Positions 14,501 through 26,887 of a stretch of DNA of 64,000 nt are shown here, piece by piece (position 1 is the stretch's first letter; the number at the start of each line of letters is the position of its first letter). The position numbers and the translations under genes were made by a program. The notes under the pieces are model-generated. The model searched no databases. It saw only the letters and a list, made by a program, of their open reading frames with translations, and was not told the origin of the DNA. The DNA is taken from contig OZ316898.1 of the NCBI GenBank assembly GCA_973895155.1, positions 1,835,927 through 1,899,926 on the forward strand. Reading direction: 5' to 3'. The DNA comes from Marsupella aquatica (Eukaryota > Plantae > Marchantiophyta).

Positions 14501-17261
14501 GGCTGGTCTTACTTTGCAGTTGATTTGTGCCGTACGAGACGTCATCAAATAAAGACCGGATTTATGAAGGAACTGGATTATTTATTAATATCTGAAAAGT
14601 AATCTCAACCGAAGATCGGATAAGGCCACGGCCATGCAGTTTCCAGTTTACATGATTTTAGCTTAACTGGAAATGTTGTTCCGAACAGAATTCAATGCTG
14701 TAAACTGTACTGTACTGACAGTCCGAATGTCTTGTAACCTGCCGCAACTCACGCATAAAATACTAAATATAATGATGAATTAATTGAAAGCAAAAAAATG
14801 GATTGAAAAATATATATTTGCAGATATGCTGGGGCAAATATATAACATATACGATCTGGGCCGTCGATTTGATATTCTCAGAAGAATCTGTCAAAACTGT
14901 ACGATGTAATAAACCTGGGTCAAATTGATGAAGGTGAGATTGCATGCAAGAGGGCTCACACGAGTTCAACTGAAAGCTTAAACGAAGGCCGTCATGTTCT
15001 TGTTCAAGAGAGGTATTTGTTTGATCAACCCTCAACTGAAAGTTGTTACTTGATGGACCCCCTAGGTCTATCAGCGGTCCAGATCTGAGATTGAAAGGTC
15101 ATCAACGATCCAGATTGGAAAAAAGTATGGAGGGGATTGAGTAAGCAAACTTTTTCCAGAAGGGGGCCTACTAAGCATATCTCTCCTGTTCAACACCTAA
15201 AAAGTTCATACTCTAAACCTCAAAGTTCTTGCTAAGTGATGAAATCTTCAATAGGGTGTCTCAAAGCTACCTCAAATTTATTGCTAGGTGAGAGCAAGAT
15301 CAATAGGGTGTTTCAAACCTGGAAAGTTATGGTATGAGACGTTGGTTGTAAGCATGTGGTCGTAGCCGTCACATTTGGTAACGAAAGGTTTTTTGGATTT
15401 TTGACTCAAAATTTTGCCAACTGCCATTGCGGACACAGGTCAAGGTTGTTTCTTGCGGCCAAAAAGTTAAAGATAACCTGGGGAGGTGTCCTTAACATGT
15501 TCTGGTCATTTCTGTAACAAGAGAGCTAGGGACCCTCAAAAGACTAGCTTTGATGGCCCTAATAAATCTCCTATTGCAAATAGTCCTGCCATCTAAATTG
15601 AAGCAATTGCACCCGGGCTTGGTGGTTAGAGCTTCAGATGTACTAGGTTTAGGGTGCAGATGTTGCAAGCCTCAACGACCAGTCTCCATTCAACAAACTC
15701 AAAACATGGATGCTAGTTGTTTTTCCTAGGCTTCCATGCTTTTAACCTGATTCTATTGTCAGTTTGACAGCTCTTATCTGACTCTGCAAGGGTGCAATTA
15801 CTTCGATTCAACTTTCAATTGTGTCAAGAGAATAATCATCCCTTCTCATTTCCATCTAAGGGACCATCACTTCTCACAAAAGTATGGTGTTGCCGATTCA
15901 TATTAAGAAAGCTTTTCAAGGATTAAAAATACTAACTTCTATGGTGTGATTGATAAAAAAAAATCACTTGATTTTTAAAAGTTTATCATAGTATAGGCAA
16001 CCCAAGTTGTCACAGATGATATGAGAGATATTGAGATAGAAACCACCTGAGTTGATACCACAGGCATCCAAGCACATCAACAACATATGACTTGTTTAAA
16101 GGTTAATCCGTGAAGCCAGTGCTGCAGTAACTCCCACTGTGAGTGATTCCTTGATGCAATCCCTGGTAGCACCACAACTTCCTTCAAAACACCTCAGGAG
16201 AACGGGCGTATCACTCTTTCCTCCGGTTGCTAGCAATTTCATACGAGCTGTGACTTTGGAGGTGACTAGCATCTTCCATCAGTGACTCTAAGCAGCAACC
16301 ATGAAGCACATGATCTGTTGAGGATGATTTGTTTAGGATTATTTCTTGGGGCTTGACTTGTGATCGGATTAAATCATCCTCCTAAACTACTTTTGTCTTG
16401 ACATTACCTTGTTGAGTCATCATCTAGAAAATAGAACCTTAGGAAAGACATTCTGTTTGATCTTGTCTCCCGGTATGGCACTTGATGTCCTTTTACGGTG
16501 ATTTATATGAATGATGTTTGACCTATCCAAATGAGAGTGGCCTTCACTGGATCCTCATGGTAACAAAGGAAATATAAATTTGATGCATTTAAATCAAACC
16601 AGTGGGATAAATTATCGGCATAAACCCCCTCCCTACATTTGCTTTGTGTGTACGTAGTAGGTTGTCTGCCAAAACTCCACCAAGCACAGTCATGTAACCA
16701 ATCAAACTCAAAGAATAGGGGAAAACATAAGTCAAGAGCTTAGGCCGGTAACCCATGCATCCTCTTCCATGGAACATAGACCCGGAACATAGTCTGTAAC
16801 CCGTTAGGCTAGCTCATGCTGGCTTTACAAGACGTTGTGGGCAGCAGTTTCCACCTTTTTTTGGTCTCCAAGATGTCATCAGTGCTATCCATTTGTGACA
16901 TACAACTGTAGTTCACTTTACAAAATGTTGGGGCAGTTTTTTTCTTTATTGTTGCCGATAGTGACCCAATGTTTTTTTTATTTGGAGCAAATTTTTGTCT
17001 TATAATTTAAACCACCTCATGGGGAGGTCTCTTCATCTGACAGCTTGGTCCATGAATAGTGACCTGAGTCATTTACATAAAAAGTGCACCACAAGTACTT
17101 CCTCATACTTTCTCATATCTAGACTAGAAGGACTCTAGCCAAGGAACTGAGTGACTGTGAGGAGAAGTGGGTTTTGAGTCATTGCATTAAAAGTGGACCC
17201 ACAAGTACTTCATCAGATCTTTTCATGCCAGCTAAATAACCAAGCGACTTTCAGGAGAAAT

Positions 17262-17510
17262 ATATTTTTGAAACTGCCAAAAAACAAGAGGTGCCGAACC
17301 AGGAGACATGATCTGGCAAGCCAAAGCCCCAATCAAGGGGTGACAACAAAAATGCCAAAAGGCCCAGGAAGCTCAACAAAAAGTGCAGACGAAAGCAACA
17401 AGGAACAGCTAGAAAACCTCTCTGGGGTGAAATGCATGAGAGGGTCGAGCATGGGAATTTGACTAGAGGCCCAACAAGTACCTGGGCAGTCTGCCTCGAG
17501 AGGTCACAAC
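17262..17510 (-). mobile_element. 5'-truncated 3' fragment of the CRE-like non-LTR element
   Basis: Shares the terminus AAACTGCCAAA...GAG...CCCAATCAAGGG with 26721-26800. The minus strand encodes SQIPMLDPLMHFT, matching SRIPLLDPPMQFT at the C-terminus of the 26895 ORF. Confidence 0.75.
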
Positions 17511-18039
17511 TCAAGAAACCAATCTTGATGCATTATACAAGAAAAAACAAATCTAACTTTATCAAAAAATTTAATGGGCCAAAAGAAGCGTAGTGCTCTC
17601 CAACAAGGGAGTTGTCCCCAGAAAATACCTTAGGCTATCACCTTGGGGTCCACACTACGGACAATGCTCTAACATGGTGTCTCAAAGCTTCTAAATTAGG
17701 TGTGATAGCTTTTGGCCATAGAGGAATGATCATATCATAAGATTGTGTAAAAGAAATATTTTATTTCTAGCTAGCCTCTAGAGTGACTACTGGTAAATGG
17801 CATAAGTCCAATCTTTATGTCAAAAAGTTATGGACTATGAACTTGGTACTCCATACTTTTTGGTACCTACTCAGTTAATTAAGGTCCATCAAATTCTGAC
17901 TTTTGAGACCCCTAATGGGAGGGTCAAAGACATTAGAGGGCTTAAAGACCAAGCACCCAAAGGTGACCCACAGGACGAGAGGGAACAATGGAAGATTTGG
18001 ATGGTGAAGGTTGTGGTCCCCAAGCTGTCGTTGTTTACG

Positions 18040-20790
18040 CATTCTGATCACTATAGTCTTCGCTATTAATGAAGAGAACAGAGGAGAATGTCTTGTCGAA
18101 AATTCGTAAGTCATCGAGAGAAAACTTATCTAGTCTACTTCGAAGTGGTCCTCTGTTTGATGAATTGATGAGATGTATAGCATTGAAATTCTGTGATCCG
18201 ATACATTGTTTTCTGATGTCCTTCGAATCTGGTGCAATCCTCGAGATCAACTTCAATTTCATTCGTTGTAGAATTTTGATTTTTCACATCGAATGACAGT
18301 CCTGCGGTTATTATGCCCGAGAGGCCCAGAGAGCATACATGTTCTCCCCAAAGCGTTCAAAAGACAATTCTCATTCTTCAATTCTTAGCGGTGAGGCTTC
18401 TTCCTTTGCGCGGTACACATTACTGTTCTAACAATGTCGGAATGAACAGTTGGATCATTTGTGGGCGAATGAACTCGAGCAGAAACAGTCTGTGATTGAT
18501 TTTATCAGCTTGTGAGGAGAGGCACTCGTGCCAAAGTTGTCTTTGCCATCGTTTTCTGACGCAGTATGAAATCGAGAAGTGTCGAGGCCGTGATTGATTT
18601 GATCAGGTTGTGAGGAACTGATGACTCACTGTCTGGCACTCGTGTCGAAATTGTCCTTGCCATCGTTCTCTTGGTGTCTGTAGTTGCGTAAGGTCGGCAG
18701 ACATGCGACAGAAGGCTGTGTAGTTCATCATTGAAAACGGGCTATTCTCGAAGATTTTCCAAGGACAGATCATTTTGTCGGCCAACGCTATGAGTCATAG
18801 GGAAACACATCCAGCCAACTCGTTCATTCTACAGAGTAAGCAGAATTGGTCCGGACCAGTTAGAGTTCTGGAAATATCCCATGTCGGTCTGCATTCGAAG
18901 GAGACCATATCATGTTGGAGCAACCATGCAGTCCGAATGAAAATGACCAAATAGTGCAAAGGTCTGTCGACATTAACAAAACGAGATCCGATTAATATTA
19001 CAACCTGTTCAAGTGATTCTGAACGTGTACAACCGATGATTAACTAAAAGTACGCAACAATCTCAACCCTTCCAAAACAACGACAAGAAGAATTTTCCTC
19101 CGCATCGTGCAATAGAGCTCCCATTCAAAGAACGATTTTACAGAACCACCCTGGTGTCCATACGGACAAATCTCCATTCGTTGCGAAATTTTCACCACAG
19201 TGCAAACTTTGAAGTTCTCAGGTGCAGTACATCAATTTGAAATCCGAGATTGAATAGCGCGGAGCTGGACATGAAACCTGACAAAGCTTCAGGCAGTGAA
19301 TAACTCAATTAGAAAGCAAACTTAGACAAATTTCGGAGGCAAATCCTCAGTCCATGGAAACCTGCTCTGGATGTCTGCTCGACAAAATAAACCATCGTTA
19401 GGAGATTGCGCTAGAAGTTCAAAGCATCTAATCTGTACACAAATATCTCTTCCTTCCTTAGTTCTCATCTGTGAGGTTCACCCAATCCCAGACATGGAAT
19501 TTGTCCCCCAAGATTTCGGTTGATAAATGGTGCTCGATCGTATCGTTCAGGCCTCCAAAGAAACGTGCTGCTGAAACCCTCATTGAAAACAGACCTGTTC
19601 CGTTCCATCAATTGTTGTTTTGTGCTGAGATCAATTATATCTCATGCGGAGCATCTGTTTCTGTTTCAAGTTCCTTTTTTTGAAGCATCAATGACCCCGA
19701 AAAGACGAATGTATTAACCAGCTCCAGAAAACATACCTTCTCTAGAAATCTGCACGTAATCTGTGCTGCAAAACAGTCACGCCATCTTTCGGAAGTGCAA
19801 ACGTCTGACTCTGCTGTCGTCGTTCTGAGATTCGTTTTGGCGAACAACAGCTTCTCTATGTATGTCACCTATAACTTTGAGAGTGGCCAACTGAGCCGGA
19901 GTAGCGAACGGAATTTGTTCCAAGTGAAAATCGTTTTCTTTGGACTTCGCGCGCGCGATTCTCATCGACTGAGGTAACTTGACGGCTGAAGTATGTGTTC
20001 GTCACGATCCAGAGAAATCTCGATACTGGATACTTGTCAGCAAATCTAACGGATTCTGCAAACATCTCATTCTTATTGGCTTCCTCGAGACCCCTTTTCC
20101 TCTTCCTGTGTCCCTCATTCATGACTAGTGACAAAAATCAGTGTGGCATTCTATTTTCTTGATTAGACTTATAGTAGTCTACTTCTCCTTCGATTTGAGT
20201 GATGAAGTGACTTATGTTTTGTGTTCACGAATCCGGTGACGCATTGAGCTCTCCACAATTTCCTGGAATGACATTTTGGTGGAGTCCCAAGTGAAACAAA
20301 GAGATTTTCGGGTCTGTCAGTGATGATTCACCTCGAGGAATACTTACTCCAACGATACATCTCGAGTAACCCAAACACTTGCTACTTCATTTGAATCAAC
20401 ATAGGGATGGAACTTTCAATCGTTCTCAAGAGATTCGTTCTTGATACTGTGAAGCTTCATAGCTAACACGAAAAGCTTTTCAAAACATCTTATCTAAATT
20501 ATTCACATAGGTTGGGCATCGTTCTTTGGAGGACAATCAAGTAATTGAAGTGTTGTCTTCTCGTCGAGTAAATTATTAGAGTTATATTCGAAAGTATTTT
20601 TGTTCTGACGTGGTTTGACGTAGTCCAATTATGTTCATTCCTGGAATGATCACTTGGAAGAGGATCTAGAATTTCTTGCAGTGGATGCGTGAACTCTCGA
20701 GCTTTCTGCTCTTGGAGATATTAAGTAATCCGTCGGCGTACGTCTGAACCTGATTTTGCATTGAGAATTTGAGTGCATGAGTGCTCATTT
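18040..20790 (-). pseudogene. Heavily decayed coding relic, possibly a Mutator-like (MULE) transposase
   Basis: Broken minus-strand frames give MULE-like motifs in the expected order: KKIEC..GH, DGFIL..Q, LFGHFH..W (C-x-x-H-like) and STTNEIE (18252-18272). Many stops and frameshifts; no TIRs found. Confidence 0.35.
18491..18670. repeat. Degenerate direct repeat, ~99-bp period
   Basis: GTGATTGATTT..ATCAG.TTGTGAGGA...GGCACTCGTG.C.AA.TTGTC.TTGCCATCGTT occurs twice. Confidence 0.7.
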
Positions 20791-22969
20791 CCCAGGACTA
20801 TACCTTGCACAGAATTACTGTAGCTGTTTGGCCTCTCTAATAAGTCCTCCCAATTTGAAACTGGTCTGGTCTTGGGAATATCCTCTAAGAAGACATTTCA
20901 AAGTACACATTTGTATCGGCGTTTGACTGTATTGACCAACAGGTTGGTGTTGACTTTGCCACCCTGTCATGTGTCTTTGGTTCGGTGAAGTGCTTCTGAA
21001 AAATTTCGGCCTATGCTGTAGATGTAACTTCCACGTCTCGGACAAAGTCCGCCGTGGACCACCTTGTCCTAAGCTCTAGACCAGATCAGATATATGTTGC
21101 CCCGGAATAAAATCCTCGACTTTACATGGAGGGACCTTCCGAACAGTCTACTGTAGCTCGATCATTGTGAACCGCGATTTTCTAGAGGCGTGGATTCGCG
21201 TAGAATTCTACAGTGCTTGCTGAAACTCCCACGATGGATCCTGGGACCTGGGTCATGCTGCTACCACAAGGGCCATCAAGTGGCACGGTGAATTTGAAAA
21301 AGTCGCCACATTATGGCTTGAAGGCATCAAATTGACGTGTATTGAACGTTTCTACTCTTCACAGGTCGACGTATCACGGTTGCGCCGAAATCATACCCTG
21401 ATCTTCAAACGAAACTATCTACAGTTGTTCTGACGGCGGAGCAATTAACACGAGCCAAACACGAGCTTACTGTGACCAAAGAGGACCGGTGTATTATTAT
21501 TGGCACTCACGAAGCATCTGATCAGGTCTGCTGTGTGGTGCAAGTGGACGTTTTGATCTGTCTCTGAATTTTTACTCAGGCCGGAAGGAAATTGCTAATG
21601 CGCAGGGAAACAAGTCGAGCGTCAATTTCACCTAAAATTAGGAAGCAAGGGAGGAAGGAGGAAAAAAACGTAAGGAGAGGTGGCCAGAAAGGTCCCCCAA
21701 TCTGTAGGCAATCTTGGGCAAAGATTTGGAGTCTTCCCTCCAGTCAGCCCCCAAACCAAAAGAACAGCATGGTCAACAATGGGTTTACTAAAGGTGGGAC
21801 CGTCTGGCTTGCCTGCCATAACACGAATAAAACACCAACGATTACCAGGATTGATCGCCACATCACCTAAATTGCTCGGGTACGTTCGGTGCGGTGCACT
21901 TCTGCGGCAACCCCACCTGAGCTCACCCGGTCCAATCATGGACTGAGTAAAACTTTGACAAGCGCTGTGCTTCCGTATTGCCTACAATTCAATCACGACA
22001 CAGACGAAAAGAATGTTCCACTGGGCCCGGCAACCAGTGTTACCAAGATGAGACAAGAGTAAAGATAGAACGGTATCGCACAAAACTGAATAAGTCGACC
22101 TCCGCGACAAACGGGACTACGCATGTCCCAAAGGAATAGTTATGACTAATTTGAAGTTACAATTACTGTGAACTACTATCGTAACAAGTCCTATATATTG
22201 GAAAGACGGACTTTGGGACACTTGCCATTCGACCGACCCTCTAAGAATGCAATCCAATGGATCACAAAAGTGACTCTGAGTAATGCATTCCGTATTGGGG
22301 TTGGAATGCCAAGCCCACACAAATCTTTAGAGAATAATCCCCCATACGACAGAGTAACCAGCGTGGACCAATCCTTGATTCCCACAGAATCTTACCGCAG
22401 ATTACATCGAGAGAGTTCCAATAAAGAGGTCGGGAAAATACGATCCTGAGCGAAAGGCAAAGTTTCGAGAGTGAAAAAATGCAGTTCAAAGAATCAACAG
22501 TCTGTATAGAATCAATTCGCTCCCAAATTTCTGATATTAATCAATTAATGAACAGCAGTTCTTCGTAAAGGGAAATCACATAAACACCATACCTAGTCAC
22601 AGAAAGGTGCGGAAGTGGCGGACATGCTGAAGGACCCATGTCCCAATGTTATCAATCTCAACGAACTAAGTTGGAAGTTAAGGTTTCCTCCGACACGTTC
22701 TGGGGAATCAAACTATCTACAGCAAAGACTACAAACGTAGGTTTGATATCAAGCAAAGCAAAAACTCAGACAGACTGAAATTCAGACCGTCGAATCTAAT
22801 AGGGACAGAACCGAGAAGCCTCATGTAAGGTGCACTACTTTGTACAAATTGTCACCGATGGACGGAGCGATTCAGTCGGCTCCTCCCTTCTCCCCTCCAC
22901 GTACTAAACGGTAATTATATTGTTTTTCAAACCGCTTTTGTCCTAGGATTTTCTAGCGCCACGAGAGAC

Positions 22970-25137
22970 TCAGTCGGACCTCTCCTTCACCACACAACTG
23001 TAATGGTTCTTGATGAACAGAGAGAACTGTCCACCCTTCTCGGTCATGTCAATTTTGTCAACACCTGGAGGAGTCTCCAGGTCGAAGGTCTGGACCAGAC
23101 GGCCGAGCACAATATGAAGAAGAGGAATGGCAATGATGATACCAGGGCAAGCTCTCCGACCAGCACCGAAAGGAAGGAAATTGAAGTCGTTGCCACTGGC
23201 CTCAATGTTCGAGTCGAGAAACCTCTCGGGCTTGAATTTCTCGGGCTCGTCCCAGTGACCGGGGTTGTTGGCAATAAACCAGGCATTTATCAGGATCTTG
23301 CTCTCTGCGGGAATGTCATAGCCAGCGAGCTTGGCCTGGTTCAGGTTCATGTGAGGCACCAGCAGGGGAATTGCCATGTGCAGCCTCATGACTTCCTTGA
23401 CGACAGCACTGAGATAGGGAACTTTTGACGTATCCGGCTCGGTGATCAGATTCCCTCGGCCTAGCACAGTGTCCAGCTCGGCTCGGACCCTCTTTTGGAT
23501 GCTCGGGTTGTTGATGAGCTCAGCGACTCCCCACTCAATGGACCACAGAGTCGTCTCAATGGCTGGACACCAGGACACCCAAAAGTCACTCACAACAGCA
23601 AAAACTAGTGTAGCATCCGTGAGAGACAATCAGCAAATGAAAAAAGTATGCTAACTGAACAGCGAATCTGACAATACCGCATCTGGTACATACAAAGACG
23701 CAACTTTGACGAGTTACTAAAACGCCAAAATTTAGGATAAGCACGAAGGCAAAAACCAATAGCGTTTCCCTCCAGATATCTTACCAGCAACGTTGATATT
23801 CTCGACAATGTAAAGGACATTGGCCTCGTTGATCTCTCCCTTATCCTCAGAATCGAAAATATAGTCCATGCCAGATTTCTCGCCAACATCGGCACTGCGA
23901 GTGTTGAGAAGCTTCCTGTAAGAAGAAAAACAAACATCTTAGATCTACAACGCATCTGTCCGCTTCCAGTTATGCCTTTCAAATTTTCCAATTGGCACAA
24001 ATATCATGCTGGACGGGCAACAGGACATAGGTGAGTTTATAGCAGCAAAACCCACATCCTAAAGGTGCCAAATGAATTGAGAACCCCTACATCCCCGTCT
24101 TCGCCTCTGGTTGAAACATATCAAAATTTGACTGACGGACAAGTCTACCAAAGGATACCAGAGACGAAGGAAACCAGTTGCGTTGCAACGGAAGAAACGA
24201 TGGGAATGGGGAAAGCAACATGTCATGAAAACAAAGCGACTTACTTGCGCTCATCGACAAAGTACTTCTTGAAGATACCCAGTCTCTTGTCCTGGAGGTC
24301 CTTGCAGTGGGCAAGGTATTTCTTCAAAAAGGGCTGCAAAATGGGGATGAAGTCGCCATAATTGTACTCAAAGCTCTGGGACAGTTTACTCCTTTCTGCG
24401 TTAACAGCCCTCAATTTCACGTAGAGCTCATCGTCTTCCTTTGGGAATCTCCTGTTGAACATCATCCTGTACATGATATTGTACATCATGAGCTGCAACC
24501 TGCGCCTGATAATGACACCAGTGGTGGAAGCCTCGGGTCTAGAAATAAGATCCGAAATCACATGGTTGACCTCATCTTCCCAAGCGAATCTTGACTGCTG
24601 CACCACTTTGTTGGTAAAGAAGGGGACTGTCATAATTCTCCTCATCCTCCTCCAGTGCTCTCCATAGACGGTGAACACCATGTCCTGACCCTTGCCGGTG
24701 AAAATGTCGAACACCACATTCGTAGTCCTCGATGCGAATTCAACACCCTGAGTGTGGAGCACTTCCTTGGCGAGCTGCGCATTCGAGACGACGACCACAT
24801 TCCTCTGTCCCATCTTGAGCATGTACAGATCTCCATACGTCTTCGCCATATCAGCCAAGTTGCGGTGGTTCAAGTCATCTCCCACCTGCAGCCAGTTGCC
24901 AACAATTGGCCAAGCAAACGGACCAGGAGGAGTTTTCAATTTCTTCCCCGTCAGCTTCATGATTGCAATCACTCCGAGCGAAGCTGCAAGAAGTCCATAC
25001 AGCACGTTTTGTAATGTGAAAAGCGACTGAGCAGGAGCCACATCAGTGACCACAGCCTCGTCAGCGGATGCCAGCACGCTGCTCACTCCCATTGAGACGA
25101 GGGAGAGCGCCATCGAAGACCTCCACGAACCCCCCAT
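22970..25137 (-). CDS. C4H: Trans-cinnamate 4-hydroxylase (cytochrome P450 CYP73A), 3 exons, ~538 aa
   Basis: Exons 25137-24245, 23915-23785, 23562-22970 (1617 nt, in frame). Motifs: PPGP, GNWLQVGDDLNHRNL, NVVFDIFTGKGQDMVFTVYGEHWR, ENINVAAIETTLWSIEWG, EVMR, PERF and heme motif FGAGRRACPG. The first Met could be 25137 or 25113. Confidence 0.96.
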
Positions 25138-25261
25138 CGCGACTCAGCCTGCAGAAGACCAAAATCCTACAAAATGAGCTTCATCCGGTCCAAAATGCAG
25201 GTAGGACGCTTGTGGCAAGAAACACAAACCCTCACACCGGAGTCCTACTGCTACTCCCTCC

Positions 25262-25340
25262 TCATGAACGCGAATTCCCCTCACAATGCATTACAAACAC
25301 CCATGAACGCTAATTTCCCTCTCAATGCATTACAAACACA
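25262..25340. repeat. 39-bp tandem duplication in the C4H 5' region
   Basis: CATGAACGC.AATT.CC.C.CAATGCATTACAAACAC x2. Confidence 0.85.
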
Positions 25341-25991
25341 CTCTCCACCATCCCCAAACCCCAAACCTCATAACCAAAACTACCATCGGTGATATCGGGG
25401 CACAAACTACTACACCCGAGCTCCCTTCTCCTCACTACTCTCGGCAATTGACATGAGTTAGTACTCGACTGCCAATTACGTTGCAAGCACTGTACAGCAG
25501 TGAATGTCCGAGGACGACTCTTCCCCGCACCTGAAAGAGCCCAGTATCCGGGTCCTGTCTACAGTACTCCCGCAGCTCCTCTCCAAAACGTGACGCCGAC
25601 GACGAATCCAACAAGCTCCGATCAGGATCAGCAGAGGCGCATTGATTGTTCAATTCTCACAATCGCTTGACCAGCGTTCCTTACTCCAAGCTCCTCTGCA
25701 ACTACCACTCCCCAAATCTCTGCTCCACGACGGAATTGGGCGTGGATGGGATCGATCTAATTGTCTTTCACACACTGATCTCAGCCCATGCACATTTCAC
25801 CGTAGTAATGCCTTTAAACAGTCACAGATCTACGAGTCTTGTCCGGTACTCCTCGAGTGACATCTACTCAGCATAGCTCCGCAGGAGGAGGTGAATGATT
25901 GCCACATTGACGATCCCACCAGCATTCCATCTGTACATATACCCGCACACAATTGACCACCTCCACTATTCCGTCCATCCTCTGCCCCACC

Positions 25992-26205
25992 CATCGGGGT
26001 CAGGAAAACAACGGAAATCCTTCCCATCCGTCCGTCCGTCCGTCCGCCGTCGGGGTCATGGAAACAACAGAATCCCTACCCATCCATCCGTCCGTCCGCC
26101 GTCGGGGTCAAGGAAACAACGGAAACCCTTCCCATCCATCCGTCCGTGCGTCGTCGGGGTCAAGGAAGCCACGGACACCCTTCCCATCCATCCGGCCGTC
26201 CGCCG
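25992..26205. repeat. Minisatellite, 4 x ~52 bp, upstream of C4H
   Basis: Unit ~CGTCGGGGTCAAGGAAACAACGGAAACCCTTCCCATCCATCCGTCCGTCCGC starting at 25992, 26048, 26100 and 26152. Confidence 0.9.
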
Positions 26206-26663
26206 TCGTCGCCCACTCCGTCCATCTGCCCCAAATCCGAGGTCCTGCGGCGAATTCATATCTTCGGTGGACCGTGGACACTGTTCCGAATTTCGTTTTG
26301 CTGTTCCCCGAGAATTGACTTATTCTATATTGCTAATAACAAATGATATTTCGCCAGCCCCCTCCCCCAAGTTGCCACTTACCAAATATTATAGTATCAG
26401 AGTCTATCAGAGTATCTTGTCAAGTGTGGTGTTATAGTAGTCCATCAGAGTATCTTGTCAAGTGTGGTGGTCCATGAGAGCTTTAGTTTCTGTTTAGGTA
26501 ACGGTGTTTAGAATAATTTTGGTAACAAGAACGATAGATTATAGCTTGTTGTAAATTAACACAAACTCCAGGTGGCCATCGGAAACAAATGGCACTTTTT
26601 CCCTGGCAGCAGAGACAGAAGAGAGGTATTTCTGTAGATTTTAAATTCTAAGGAAATGTGGGT

Positions 26664-26745
26664 AGTTAAATTTGAAAGTATATATCAAACTGCCAAAGAG
26701 CAGGAGTTAAATTTGAAAGTATATATCAAACTGCCAAAGAGCAGG
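26664..26745. repeat. Exact 41-bp tandem duplication spanning the CRE 3' junction
   Basis: AGTTAAATTTGAAAGTATATATCAAACTGCCAAAGAGCAGG at 26664-26704 and 26705-26745. Confidence 0.95.
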
Positions 26746-26887
26746 AGACGCTGAACCGGGAGACAGGATCCCACAGGCCAAAAAACCCAATCAAGGGAAA
26801 ACAAGAAAAAAGGCCAAAAGGCCAAAGAGCAAAAACAAAAAAGACCAGGCACAAGCCCAGCCTAAGGAGAACAAAGGACACACAAAC

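Noticed and set aside
16030-16900. Fragments such as HVLHGCCLE and CFPLFFEFDWLHDC
   Set aside because: Too short and interrupted to assign to any family.
25992-26205. CRISPR-like array
   Set aside because: The units are contiguous with no unique spacers, in a eukaryotic context without cas genes.
25895-26437. 180-aa and 121-aa ORFs
   Set aside because: Produced by the 52-bp minisatellite.
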